NCBI GenBank assembly: GCA_032250735.1
Contig: JAVVEP010000005.1
Span: 91,602-155,601, forward strand
DNA: 64,000 nucleotides
Reading direction: 5' to 3'
Source of the DNA: Gammaproteobacteria bacterium
GTDB taxonomy: Bacteria; Pseudomonadota; Gammaproteobacteria; SZUA-152
The notes under the pieces are model-generated. The model made no database searches, had not been told where the DNA came from, and saw nothing but the letters and a program-made list of their open reading frames with translations. Of the stretch, positions 1-9,597 are shown piece by piece. Made by a program: the position numbers and the translations under genes. Numbering within the stretch: position 1 is the first letter of the stretch; each line of letters begins with the position of its first letter.

Positions 1-24
1 CCTGACAGACACCCCGACAGAGAC

Positions 25-552
25 CTAGGAGCGGCCCGTCATAAAGATATGCCCGCCGATCTCGCGGGTCACGTTGTGAGACTCCGCCCAGTAGGGCAGG
101 GTAAGGTGCGGGGCGTAATAGTGTAATGCGCCCTTGGTCAGGTCCAGCGCCTTGCGGGTCTGCTCGGTGAGGCTGCCGTAGCGCAGGTAGGCAAAGCGGG
201 CGATCTTTTGCGCCAGCTTCCAGGCGTAGGCATCGGTCGGGCGATCACTCTTGCCGTCATGTGTCCAGCTGAACTGTTTTTTCTGCCACACCACGCCGCA
301 GACCGAATCAGGGTAGTGCCGGCTTTTCACCCGATTCATCGTCACCATGGCCACCGCCAGCTGTCCTTCGGCGGCCTCTCCCCGAGCCTCAAAATAGATG
401 TTGAGTGCCAGGCAGCGCGCCTCTTTGGCGGCGTTGCTGTCGGCATTGTCGGCACGCTGTCCCGCGCTGGTCGCATCGGCGTGACCGACGGAGGCAAAGG
501 CGCTGTAGAGGAGAGCGGTAAAAAGGAGCCTTCTGAACGGGAGTCTGGGCAT
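25..552 (-). CDS. Cell wall hydrolase, SleB/CwlJ family, with a signal peptide
   Basis: 175-aa ORF with an N-terminal hydrophobic signal and the conserved SleB-type hydrolase block (ARCLALNIYFEARGE...MVTMNRV...VCGVVWQKKQFSW). Confidence 0.7.
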   Translation of the reverse strand: MPRLPFRRLLFTALLYSAFASVGHADATSAGQRADNADSNAAKEARCLALNIYFEARGEAAEGQLAVAMVTMNRVKSRHYPDSVCGVVWQKKQFSWTHDGKSDRPTDAYAWKLAQKIARFAYLRYGSLTEQTRKALDLTKGALHYYAPHLTLPYWAESHNVTREIGGHIFMTGRS

Positions 553-790
553 GGGTTTACTGTTTCCTGCATGTGTGAACTACCGGTTACAGGTGCGGTG
601 CGGGTGCGGGACGATCATGCACCCATACGGCTAAACGGTAACCAGATGATCAATAAATGATCGATTTGCAGGACCTAAGCAATTGTCGTGCCATTAAAAT
701 AAAGCACAACAAGAACAGTGGGTTGAGATTTATCGGATGGGTCGGGCGGTGGGTTTGGGGTGGAGTTGTAAAGAAAACCGACGGTTTCGG

Positions 791-2416
791 TCAGGTAGGG
801 CGGGAGCCGACATCGTTGCCGTGGCTGCGCATCATGATCCACAGCACCGGCAGGGTGCCGATGACCAGCATCAGGGCGGCCGGCGCCGCCAGTTCCAGCA
901 TCTCCTCGCTGGCCTCGATCCAGATGCGCACCGGCAGGGTGTCGAAGCCGGTGGGGCGCAGGATCAGGGTGGCGGGCAGTTCCTTGAGGGTGTCGATAAA
1001 CACCAGCACCCAGGCGGTGGCCAGGCCGTTACGGATCATCGGCAGCACGATGCGCCACAGGTTTTCCAGCGGTCCGGCACCGAGGCTGCGCCCGGCCTGT
1101 TCCAGCGAGGGGGTGAGCTGGGCCATGGCGGCATCCTGGGCCTGCACCGCCAGCGGCAGGAAGCGGATCACCACGGCAATCAGCAGGGCGGCGAGTCCGC
1201 CATAGAGAAAGGGCAGCTGGGCCAGCAGCAGGCTGAGGATGCCCAGGGCGATGACGGGGCCGGGCAGTACAAAGCCGACGCTGGAGAATTGCAGCAGGGC
1301 CTGGCTACCAGTGGAGCGTTTGCGGGCATTGTAAAAGGCCACCGGAAAGGCGGCGATCACCGCCAGGCTGGCGGCGATCACGGCGACCAGCAGCGAGTTG
1401 GCGGTGTAGCCCCAGAATTCGTGATTGATCAGCTCCTGTGACCAGGCCTGCCAGCTCCAGCTCAGCATCCAGGCCAGGGGCAGGCCGAAGGCGAGCAGGG
1501 TGATGACGCCCAGCCACAGCCAGATGAGGCCGGTTTCCAGGCGGGTGGCCTGGCGCAGCGGCTGCTGGCGGCCCTGGCGGGTGGAGTAGTAGCGCTGGCG
1601 GCTGCGGAAAAAGCGTTCCAGCACCAGAAAGGTGAGGCTTAACAGCACCAGGATCAGCGCCAGGCCGGCGGCGGCCTGATAGTCGAAGCGGCCGCTCATC
1701 TGCAGGTAGATGCTGAGGGTGAAGGTCTGAAAGCGCAGCATGCTGACGGCGCCGAAATCGGACAGCACGTGCAGCACCACCACCGCCAGCCCGGCGGCAA
1801 GGGCGGGGCGCAGCAGGGGGAGGTTGATGCGCCAGAAGACCTCCGCCGAACGGGCGCCCTGGATGCGGGCGGCCTCCTCCAGGGATTGGGTGGACTGGGA
1901 GAGGGCGGTGCGGGCCAGCAAGAAGACGTAGGAAAAGCCGGCCAGCGACAAGATCAGGGTCACGCCCCAGATGTTGTACAGATCGGGCAGGGTGGCCGTA
2001 TCACCGAACAGCCCCAGCCACAGCCGGCCCAGCCAGCCCTCCGCTTCCAGCAGGGTGGTGTAGATGTGCGCAAACACGTAGGTCGGTACCGTGAGCGGCA
2101 GGATCATCAGCCAGGTGGCGAGCCGGCGGCCGGGGAAGTCCCGGCGGGCGATCCACCAGGCGCTGGAGACCCCCAGCAGCACGCAGCCGATGGCCACCAG
2201 GGCGGCCAGCGACAGGGTGTTCCATAACAGTTCGGGCAGGCGGCTGCCCCACAGCTGAAACCACTGGTCGGTGGAGAGTTGCAGGCTGTTGTAGACCACA
2301 TACAGCAGCGGCATGACGGCGATCAACACCACCAGCAGGGCAAGTCCGCCGAGGGAGGCAAAACGTCGGCCGGGGTTAAAGTCCCGGCAGGCTCGGATAA
2401 GGGTCGCTGATGTCAT
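791..2416 (-). CDS. Fe3+/thiamine-type ABC transporter permease, fused two-domain FbpB/AfuB-like
   Basis: 541-aa polytopic membrane protein with two repeated permease halves and an EAA-like loop. It is collinear with the binding-protein gene immediately upstream. Confidence 0.75.
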   Translation of the reverse strand: MTSATLIRACRDFNPGRRFASLGGLALLVVLIAVMPLLYVVYNSLQLSTDQWFQLWGSRLPELLWNTLSLAALVAIGCVLLGVSSAWWIARRDFPGRRLATWLMILPLTVPTYVFAHIYTTLLEAEGWLGRLWLGLFGDTATLPDLYNIWGVTLILSLAGFSYVFLLARTALSQSTQSLEEAARIQGARSAEVFWRINLPLLRPALAAGLAVVVLHVLSDFGAVSMLRFQTFTLSIYLQMSGRFDYQAAAGLALILVLLSLTFLVLERFFRSRQRYYSTRQGRQQPLRQATRLETGLIWLWLGVITLLAFGLPLAWMLSWSWQAWSQELINHEFWGYTANSLLVAVIAASLAVIAAFPVAFYNARKRSTGSQALLQFSSVGFVLPGPVIALGILSLLLAQLPFLYGGLAALLIAVVIRFLPLAVQAQDAAMAQLTPSLEQAGRSLGAGPLENLWRIVLPMIRNGLATAWVLVFIDTLKELPATLILRPTGFDTLPVRIWIEASEEMLELAAPAALMLVIGTLPVLWIMMRSHGNDVGSRPT

Positions 2417-2499
2417 GCGTATTCCGGGACTGTGCTGGCTCTACAAAAATGTGGGTTGAGAAACAGGCCCATCGCAATGCCATGGGTTTCGGCGGGGGA

Positions 2500-3510
2500 T
2501 TATGGCATACCTACCTGTTCGATGAGATCCAGGGTGACATCACGTTGCGTGCTCAGGGCCGACATCGGCACGTCGGCGACCCGGAAGCTGCCCGCCGGGG
2601 GGAGCTGCCCACTGGCCGCGACGCCGGTGCGGGTCGGGTATTCGAGATTCACCTCGGCAAACTGCCGCTGGCCTGCCTCGGAGATCAGGAAGGCGACCAG
2701 CTTTTCGGCCAGCGCGGCCTTGCGGCTGTGCCCGGTGATGGCGATGCCGGCCACATTCCAGGCGATACCCATCTCGCCCTGGCCCTGATCGGGCATGACC
2801 ATCCTGATGGGCGCGTCGGGGTGTGCGTCGAGGTGGCGATAGATGTAGTAGTGATTGACCAGCCCCGCCTGCAGCTTGCCGCTGGCGACCGCGCTCACCA
2901 GTTTGCTGTGCTTGTTGAAGACCTTGCCGTCGACATTGTCCTTCATGCCCTGTAGCCACTGGCGGGTCTTGTCCGCGCCGGCGGCCAGCATCACCACGGT
3001 CACCCCGGCGATATAGCTGCCATTGGTGCTGTTGGTGATGCCCAGCTTGCCCCGAAGGGCGGGGTCGGCGAGATCGAAGATCGAGTCGAGGCTATCGGCC
3101 CAGGGTCCCTGGGTATTGACCACCAGCACCCGGGCGCGGGCGGACAGGCCCACCCAGGTGTTGTCCGCCGCCCGGTAGTTTTTGGCGATTGGCGTCAGCA
3201 GCGGGCCGTCGATGGGTCGAAACAGCCCCCAGTCGCTACCCTGTTGCAGGTTACCGGCGTCATTGCTGAGGAACAGATCGGCCTCGGTGCGCCCGCCCTC
3301 GATACGCAGTTTGTTGAGCAGGGCGGTGGAATCACCGTTGTGCAGGGTGACCTCGATGCCGGTCTGGCGGGTAAAATCGGCAATCACCGGCTTGACGAAT
3401 TTATCGCTGCGCCCGGAATAGATCACCAGGCTGTCACCGGCCACCGAAGGGGGGGTGGCCGAAATCAGTGCCGTCAGGCCAAGCAGGGAGGAGATGAGTA
3501 GTCGTTTCAT
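2500..3510 (-). CDS. Fe3+ ABC transporter periplasmic substrate-binding protein (FbpA/AfuA family)
   Basis: 336-aa ORF with a signal peptide and a family-1 solute-binding-protein fold signature. A Fur box lies directly upstream. Confidence 0.75.
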   Translation of the reverse strand: MKRLLISSLLGLTALISATPPSVAGDSLVIYSGRSDKFVKPVIADFTRQTGIEVTLHNGDSTALLNKLRIEGGRTEADLFLSNDAGNLQQGSDWGLFRPIDGPLLTPIAKNYRAADNTWVGLSARARVLVVNTQGPWADSLDSIFDLADPALRGKLGITNSTNGSYIAGVTVVMLAAGADKTRQWLQGMKDNVDGKVFNKHSKLVSAVASGKLQAGLVNHYYIYRHLDAHPDAPIRMVMPDQGQGEMGIAWNVAGIAITGHSRKAALAEKLVAFLISEAGQRQFAEVNLEYPTRTGVAASGQLPPAGSFRVADVPMSALSTQRDVTLDLIEQVGMP

Positions 3511-3543
3511 GTGAGTGTTTCCAGTAGGTTGCGGACTTGTTGC

Positions 3544-3566
3544 AAATGATAATGATTATCATTAAT
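3544..3566 (-). promoter_or_regulatory. Fur box (ferric uptake regulator operator) upstream of the Fe3+ ABC operon
   Basis: The sequence aaatgataatgattatcattaat matches the Fur consensus GATAATGATAATCATTATC, about 35 nt upstream of the binding-protein start. Confidence 0.7.
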
Positions 3567-3674
3567 AAATCAAGCCAAGCATGCCCAGAAAATTTCCTGA
3601 ATCTGTGGTTTAACCGCGGATGTCAGGAATTTGTATGCCTTCAAAAGTGGCATTGAGGGCGGGTGCCCCTGCCC

Positions 3675-4901
3675 TCAGCCCAGCGCGCGGGACATCAGCA
3701 GCCGCTTGAGCGGCGTCAGGCGGTCGGTGAGATTCAGGCCGCTGTTGCGCAGCTCGCGCAGTAGCGGGGTGTTATTGCTGAACAGCTGCTTGAACACCCC
3801 CATGGCCTCGAGCATCACGGCATTGTCACCGCGCCGGCTGCGTTCGTAGCGGCGCAGGGGCTTGAGACTGCCGATGGCCTGTTGCGCGGCGTGGGTAGTA
3901 AGGAGGATGTCGGCGAGGCAGCGGGCGTCCGCGAAGCCGAGATTGACGCCCTGTCCCGCGAGGGGATGAATGGTGTGGGCGGCGTCGCCGATCAGGGCGA
4001 GGTGTGGTCTGACATAGTGGCTAGCGTGCTGGCCGCGGATCGCAAAACTGGCGCGTGGCCCGCTGCCCAATACCGCGCCCAGCCTGGCCTCGAAGGCGGC
4101 GGTCAGTTCGGCGTTGAAGTCGGCCTCGTCCAGCTGGCACAGGCGTTCGGCCTCGGCGGGGCTGGTGCTCCAGACGATGGAGCTGAGGTGGTGATCGTCC
4201 GCATCACTGCCTGGTGGTAAAAAGCCGAGCGGCAAAAAGGCCAGCGGCCCGCTGGGCAGGAAGCGCTGCCAGGCGGTGTGCTGGTGCGAGCGCTCGGTGC
4301 GGACGGTGGCGACGATGGCGGTCTGCTGATAATCGCGACTGCTGACGGCAATGCCGGCCTGCTGGCGCACCCAGGACTGGCCGCCGTCGGCGCCCACCAG
4401 CAGCTCGGCGCTGAGTGCGCTGCCGTCGGCTAATTGCAGTTTGGCGCAGTGCGCATCGAGCGACAGTTGGCTGGGGGTTGCCGGGCAATAGATGTCGAGA
4501 TGGTCGATGCCCCTGGCCTGCTGCATGAGCGCCCGGTTGAGGATGCGATTTTCGACAATGTGGCCCAGGTTGGGCTCGCCGATCTCGGCGCAATCAAAGT
4601 GGATGCTGCCGCCACCGCCCGCGTCCCACACCTGCATCTCGTGATAGGCGCAGGCGCGCTGGCCGATGATGTCCTGCCACACGCCCAGTGTCTCGAGGAA
4701 GCGTTGCGAGCCATGGGTGATGGCGCTGACGCGCAGGTCGTATTCATTGTCTGGCCAGTTATCGTTAGGCTCGTGGGCCTCGATGAGCGCGACTGATAGC
4801 CGACAGTCCTGCAGCGCGCAGGCCAGGGCGGTGCCGACCATGCCGCCGCCGACGATGACGAGATCGTAGTGGCGTGTACGATTGGCGGCCTGCGCGCTCA
4901 C
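3675..4901 (-). CDS. ubiI: FAD-dependent ubiquinone biosynthesis hydroxylase, UbiI/VisC-like
   Basis: Carries the DLVIVGGGMVG Rossmann motif of the UbiH/UbiF/Coq6 family. It is the second of two tandem paralogues downstream of pepP, the same order as E. coli ygfB-pepP-ubiH-visC. Confidence 0.7.
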   Translation of the reverse strand: MSAQAANRTRHYDLVIVGGGMVGTALACALQDCRLSVALIEAHEPNDNWPDNEYDLRVSAITHGSQRFLETLGVWQDIIGQRACAYHEMQVWDAGGGGSIHFDCAEIGEPNLGHIVENRILNRALMQQARGIDHLDIYCPATPSQLSLDAHCAKLQLADGSALSAELLVGADGGQSWVRQQAGIAVSSRDYQQTAIVATVRTERSHQHTAWQRFLPSGPLAFLPLGFLPPGSDADDHHLSSIVWSTSPAEAERLCQLDEADFNAELTAAFEARLGAVLGSGPRASFAIRGQHASHYVRPHLALIGDAAHTIHPLAGQGVNLGFADARCLADILLTTHAAQQAIGSLKPLRRYERSRRGDNAVMLEAMGVFKQLFSNNTPLLRELRNSGLNLTDRLTPLKRLLMSRALG

Positions 4902-6153
4902 AGTGGCAGGCCCCGTGAGAGGCGGGGCAGCGTGCCGGCCATGCCCATGGAGTGACGCGCGATGCTGTGTTTGATCGGCGGCAGGATGTCGGCGGCGATG
5001 AGGCCAAGATTGCGCAGCAGCGCCAGCGGGGGCAGACGGTTGGAAAAGGTCTGCACCAGGATATTGGTAAAGCCGATCACCTGTTGGTGGTCGCGCTGAC
5101 GCCAGCGGGCATAGCTCTCCAGGGTCTCAAGGCTGCCGGGATCCTGGCCGGCGCGGCGCGCATCGACGAGGGTCTGCGCCAGGCTGGCGACGTCGCGCAG
5201 TCCCAGATTGAAACCCTGCCCGGCGATGGGGTGCAGGGTATGCGCGGCATTGCCGATCAGCGCCAGACGGGGGCGCACCTGTTCCTGCGCCTGGATCAAT
5301 TGCAGGGGATAGCTGTGGCGTTTACCCACCGTCAGGAGGCGTCCCAGGCGCCGGCCGAAACAGGCCTGTAGCGCGGCGAGAAAATCGGCATCACCCGCCT
5401 GTAACAGCCGTTCGGCATCCTCCGGGGCGCGGGTCCAGACCAGCGCGCAGCGGTTGTCCGGCATGGGTAGCAGGGCCAGCGGCCCGTGACGGGTGAAGCG
5501 TTCGTAGGCGATGTGCCGGTGCGGTTTTTCGGGCGTGATGTTGGCGATGATGGCGGTCTGCCGGTAGTCGCGCTCGGCGGTGCGGATCGCCAGCAGCTGG
5601 CGCACCTGTGAACTGCCACCATCGGCGGCGACCACCAGTGTGCTGCTGAGCGACTGCGTGCCGCCATCGACGTGGGTGACGGTTATCGTCGCCGTGGCGC
5701 TATCGAGGTCCAGTCCGGTCACGGTGGCCGGGCTGATCAGGGTTAGATTGCTGCACTGCTGGAGGGCGCCCAGCAGCTGTGCGCCGAGTTGCCGCGCGGT
5801 GACCACATAGCCCAGGGCCTCGACGCCTTCCTGCGCGGCGTGTAGCCGGGTGAAGCCAAAGCGGCTCTGATCCGAGACGTGGATGTGATCGATGGCGGTG
5901 GTGTGCGGGGCGATCCCCGCCCACAGCCCCATGCCCTCAAAGATGCGTCGGGCGCCAAACGACAGGGCAATGGCGCGGTCATCGTAACTGGGCGGGGCGG
6001 TGTCGCCCTGTCCCTGGGCCGGCAGGGGTGCCGCCTCCACCAGCGCGATGCGTAACGGCTGCCCGGCCAGGCTGAGCGCAAGGCTGGCGCCCACCATGCC
6101 GCCGCCGATAATGAGCAGATCGTAATCGGCGTTGTTGTGCAGGGAAGGGCTCA
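4898..6153 (-). CDS. ubiH: 2-octaprenyl-6-methoxyphenol hydroxylase, UbiH-like FAD monooxygenase
   Basis: Carries the DYDLLIIGGGMVG motif. The tracked ORF extends to 6280 with an Arg/Gly-rich N-terminus overlapping pepP, so the real start is probably a GTG overlapping the pepP stop (GTGA) near 6153. Confidence 0.65.
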
Positions 6154-7494
6154 CGCCGGGTGTGCGGCCATCAGTCGTTCGATGTCGGCGATGGCCTTGG
6201 GCGCGTCCTTGCTCAGCACCTCGCAGCCCTCCCGGGTGACCAGGATGTCGTCCTCGATACGAATGCCGATGCCCTGCCATTTTTTGGCGACGCTGCGCCT
6301 GCCGACCTTGCAGCCGGGGGCGATGTACAGACCGGGCTCGACGGTCAGCACCATGCCCGGTTCCAGTTCACGCCAGGCCTCGCCCACCTTGTAATCGCCG
6401 ACATCGTGCACGTCGAGCCCCAGCCAGTGGCCGGTGCGATGCATGTAGAAGGTGCGATAGGCCTGTTCCTTGATCAGGCTGCGCAGATTGCCCTTGAGCA
6501 GGCCGAGTGAGAGCAGCCCCCGGGTCAGCACGCGCACCGCCGCCTCGTGCGGGTCGTTCCAGTGGTTGCCGGGCCGCACCTTGTCGATGGCCGCCAGCTG
6601 GGCCTCGAGCACGACCTCGTAAACGGCCCGCTGTTCGGGGCTGAAGCGGCCGTTGACGGGGAAGGTGCGGGTGATGTCGGCGGCATAGAGCTGGTTTTCC
6701 GCACCGGCATCGATGAGCAGCAGGTCGCCATCTTTCAGCTCGGCACTGTTTTCCGTGTAGTGCAGGATGCAGCCGTTCTCTCCGCCGCCGACGATGGGAG
6801 TATAGGCATTGACCATATTGTGTTGTTTGAAGTGGTGCTGAAATTCCGCCTCGATCTCGTATTCCCGTTTGCCGGGGCGACATTGCTGCATGGCACGCAC
6901 ATGGGCCTGGGCGGAGACGATCGCCGCCTTGCGCATGGCGGCGATCTCGGCGGGACTCTTATACAGGCGCATATCGTGCAGCAGATGATCGAGGTCCACG
7001 AATTCCTGCGGCGGATGCACGCCGGCGCGGGACTGTTCCCGCAACTGGTTGACCCAGCCGGTGACGTGCTGATCAAACTGGGTGTCGCGGCCCATGGCGT
7101 AATAGACCCGCTCACTGCTTTCCAGCAGACCGGGCAGGATGTCGTCGATATCGGTGATGGGGAAGGCGTCGTCGGCGCCATAGAATTCCATCGCGCCTTC
7201 CAGGCCGGCGCGGCGGCCGTGCCAGGTCTCCATCTGCGGGTCGCGTTCGCGGCAGAACAGGATCACTTCACCGTGTTTGCGTTTGGGGATCAGCACCAGC
7301 ACCGCCTCGGGTTCATTGAAGCCGGAGAGGTAGTAGAAATCGCTGTCCTGTCGATAGGGATATTCGGCATCGCGGTTGCGCATGCGATTGGGTGCGGCGG
7401 GCAGGATAGCCACCGAGGCCTTGCCCATCATCTGCATCAGGCGTTTGCGGCGGCGGGCGAATTCGGTACGTGTGATATGCGGTTTGGGCGTCAT
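6151..7494 (-). CDS. pepP: Xaa-Pro aminopeptidase PepP (M24B family)
   Basis: Shows the AMP_N plus M24 pita-bread fold, including the metal-ligand motifs HGTGHWLGLDVHD and EPG. Start chosen at the internal MTPKPHI; the upstream extension lies in MITE DNA. Confidence 0.85.
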   Translation of the reverse strand: MTPKPHITRTEFARRRKRLMQMMGKASVAILPAAPNRMRNRDAEYPYRQDSDFYYLSGFNEPEAVLVLIPKRKHGEVILFCRERDPQMETWHGRRAGLEGAMEFYGADDAFPITDIDDILPGLLESSERVYYAMGRDTQFDQHVTGWVNQLREQSRAGVHPPQEFVDLDHLLHDMRLYKSPAEIAAMRKAAIVSAQAHVRAMQQCRPGKREYEIEAEFQHHFKQHNMVNAYTPIVGGGENGCILHYTENSAELKDGDLLLIDAGAENQLYAADITRTFPVNGRFSPEQRAVYEVVLEAQLAAIDKVRPGNHWNDPHEAAVRVLTRGLLSLGLLKGNLRSLIKEQAYRTFYMHRTGHWLGLDVHDVGDYKVGEAWRELEPGMVLTVEPGLYIAPGCKVGRRSVAKKWQGIGIRIEDDILVTREGCEVLSKDAPKAIADIERLMAAHPA

Positions 7495-7546
7495 GCCGCG
7501 ATTGTAACGAAAAAGGTCGATTAAAGGGCAAGTGGTATTTTCAGTG

Positions 7547-7731
7547 CTGAGAGCCTGTGAAAAAATCGCCGGCCTACTGCGGGCACCGCTTTGCGGCTGC
7601 AACTGCGTTGCGCTACGCGAAAACGGCGGTCATTTGGTTCACCAAACTCCCTTGTTTTCGCATAGCGCGCCTTGTTTCGCTCGCAAATCGACGCCCTCGC
7701 TACGGCCGTCGAATTTTTCACAGGCTCTGAG
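7547..7731. mobile_element. MITE-like element family X, 185 bp with 22-bp terminal inverted repeats (ctgagagcctgtgaaaaaatcg)
   Basis: Left and right ends are near-perfect inverted repeats. A collapsed 60-bp copy is at 45318..45377. Confidence 0.6.
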
Positions 7732-7761
7732 AAAAGCTTCCGTCTCAGCGCGCAACGGGGT

Positions 7762-7978
7762 AGGGCGCAATAACCGAAGGGCATTGCGCCGCATGAAACA
7801 TTTCCCAAGGCAGAATCGTTTTGATTGACCGATGGATAATGCCTCGCAGAGCAATCATTTACAGTTGCCTTGGTGTCATTCGTTGGCTGGGGTATGTATC
7901 GGCGTCCATGAAGGCATTTACGTTGTTTTTCCGTGGCGACTGACCATACGGCGCAATGCCCTTCGGTTATTGCGCCCT
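7762..7978. mobile_element. MITE-like element family Y, 217 bp with 30-bp hairpin-forming terminal inverted repeats (agggcgcaataaccgaagggcattgcgccg)
   Basis: Terminal inverted repeats are at 7762-7791 and 7949-7978. A second 217-bp copy in inverted internal orientation is at 35437..35653. Confidence 0.65.
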
Positions 7979-8008
7979 ACGCACTGCCATAGGGCGATGG
8001 CTTAGCAG

Positions 8009-8557
8009 TCAACCCTGCAGCGGTTGCAGCTCCTCATTGATCAGCAGCACGCCGACGCGCAGGTATTCGACCAGCTCGGCATAGGCGTGTTCATCCTCCT
8101 CGCTGCCTTCCAGGTCGTACGAGGTGCCGGCGCGGGCGATCTCCAGCATGTCCTTGGCGATCTCGCGGGCGTCTTCGGGCAGGGGGGCGAAGTCTTTGAC
8201 GCCGCCGAGGCTGAGACCGATCAGGTAACCCTGGCACCAGTCACCCAGGGCATTCACCCGCTGGTCGAGGCTGTCGTTGTCATCGGGCAGCAGCATCTGG
8301 AATTCACAGTTGGGGTCGTTGAGCTGGCGTCGGGTGACCTCGTGACTGGTCCTGAAGACCTCGTTGGCCTCGGCGGCCAGCAGGTCGCCTGCGGGCTGAT
8401 TCGGCCACAGGGCCTGCTGCCAGACCGCGGGCTCGGCGCTGGTGTTGGCGCACAGCAGGCCGCAGAGTGTGCCGTGCACCTCGCTGGGCATGACCTCGGT
8501 ATTGAGCTTGCTGAGGGCCAGGGCGATGGCCTGGTAGTCGGGCAGTTCTCGTTGCAT
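8009..8557 (-). CDS. ygfB: UPF0149 family protein YgfB
   Basis: Conserved synteny with pepP-ubiH. Start set at the internal ATG (MQRELPDYQ) preceded by an aagga RBS; the upstream extension has no support. Confidence 0.7.
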   Translation of the reverse strand: MQRELPDYQAIALALSKLNTEVMPSEVHGTLCGLLCANTSAEPAVWQQALWPNQPAGDLLAAEANEVFRTSHEVTRRQLNDPNCEFQMLLPDDNDSLDQRVNALGDWCQGYLIGLSLGGVKDFAPLPEDAREIAKDMLEIARAGTSYDLEGSEEDEHAYAELVEYLRVGVLLINEELQPLQG

Positions 8558-8737
8558 GATGTCCTTCGATGTGCGGATGCAGGTGCTGACGATGTGAGTG
8601 TGCGGAGCCGGTATTTTAGCACCGCTGGCGGAGGGTCGACAGTCGTTGACCCGTCTGGTGGCCCGATTTATAGTGCAGCGCACAGGTGCGTTACGAGGTT
8701 TAGCGGTGATGATCCACAAATTGAAGGCTGAGCGATA

Positions 8738-8947
8738 ATGGCCGATTCCGAAATTTCCAGACTCGAAGTGCGGATTGATGAGCTGATCGCCCTGGCCGAT
8801 CAGTTGAGCAGCGAAAACCATCTCATGCGTGAACGGCAGAATATGCTGGTGGAGGAACGGGCCCGGCTGATCGAAAAGGCCGAAATGGCGCGCACCCGTG
8901 TGGAGTCCATGCTGGTGCGACTGAAGGCCATGGAGACGGAGTCATGA
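8738..8947 (+). CDS. Small coiled-coil protein encoded upstream of zapA (TIGR02449-like)
   Basis: 69-aa heptad-rich ORF overlapping the zapA start by 4 nt. Confidence 0.5.
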   Translation: MADSEISRLEVRIDELIALADQLSSENHLMRERQNMLVEERARLIEKAEMARTRVESMLVRLKAMETES

Positions 8948-9267
8948 GCGACAAACCCGTGCAGAGCAAGGCGATCAGTATTCGCGTGCTGGAAAAGGAG
9001 TATCAGGTCTCCTGCCCGGCGAATGAAGAGGCGGCCCTGATGGCATCGGCACGCCTGCTGGACGAGAAGATGCGCGAGATCCGTAGCGCCCGCAAGATGG
9101 TGGGCACCGACCGCGTCGCGGTGATGGCGGCCCTGAATCTGGCGCATGATTTATTGCGTCTGCAATCGGGCGATGGCGCTGATGAGAGCAACGTCAACGG
9201 CAAGCTGCGCAGTCTGCAAAGCAAGGTGGAGGCCGCGATTACGCGGAGTCGGCAGCTGGAGCTGTAG
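8944..9267 (+). CDS. zapA: Cell division protein ZapA
   Basis: 107 aa with the ZapA signature (ISIRVLEKEYQVSCP...AARLLDEKMREI). Sits in the zapA-ssrS-ygfA context. Confidence 0.8.
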   Translation: MSDKPVQSKAISIRVLEKEYQVSCPANEEAALMASARLLDEKMREIRSARKMVGTDRVAVMAALNLAHDLLRLQSGDGADESNVNGKLRSLQSKVEAAITRSRQLEL

Positions 9268-9408
9268 CGGATATTGGCTTATTTGTTATTGGCTTCAGTG
9301 TGAAACAACAGATCGGCCCAACAGGACAATCAGGCACTTTCACTTTTCGAAACCTTTCATTAAACTTCCCTGTAGATTTTTTGATCAGTAGTACCCTTTT
9401 TAAAGAAT

Positions 9409-9597
9409 GGCGCCGCCTGCGGTGTTCGATACTGTATCGGATTTTTCTTGGCCTATGCTTAACCCTGTTGGGGGCATTACATCGGTGTTGTGTGCATGTC
9501 CGTTCATCGGAAAGCCTGATATGCCGATTGTTGTTCCCACCTCAATCGCTCCGGTCCCAAGAGTGACGATACGGCCGGCACAGGCGGGGGGCGCCTC
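9409..9597 (+). ncRNA. ssrS: Putative 6S RNA (ssrS)
   Basis: Non-coding gap of about 400 nt between zapA and ygfA, which is the conserved 6S locus. The 5' end GGCGCCGCCUGCGGUG can pair with the 3' end CACAGGCGGGGGGCGCC, enclosing about 187 nt, followed by a T-run. Confidence 0.5.

Noticed and set aside
737-1441. 234-aa and 182-aa plus-strand ORFs over the ABC permease gene
   Set aside because: Antisense to a polytopic permease, with highly biased Gly/Gln/His/Arg composition.
3651-3677. Hairpin ctgagggcgggtgcccctgccctcag at the ubiI 3' end as a terminator
   Set aside because: The stem is present, but there is no convincing U-tract on the relevant strand. Left uncalled.
6160-6510. 116-aa plus-strand ORF at the pepP 3' end and 171-aa minus-strand ORF at 6368-6883
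   Set aside because: These are off-frame overlaps of the well-conserved pepP coding sequence.
7521-7854. Three small ORFs (95, 98 and 71 aa) in the pepP-ygfB intergenic region
   Set aside because: They lie entirely inside the two MITE-like elements. The repeat DNA explains the open frames.
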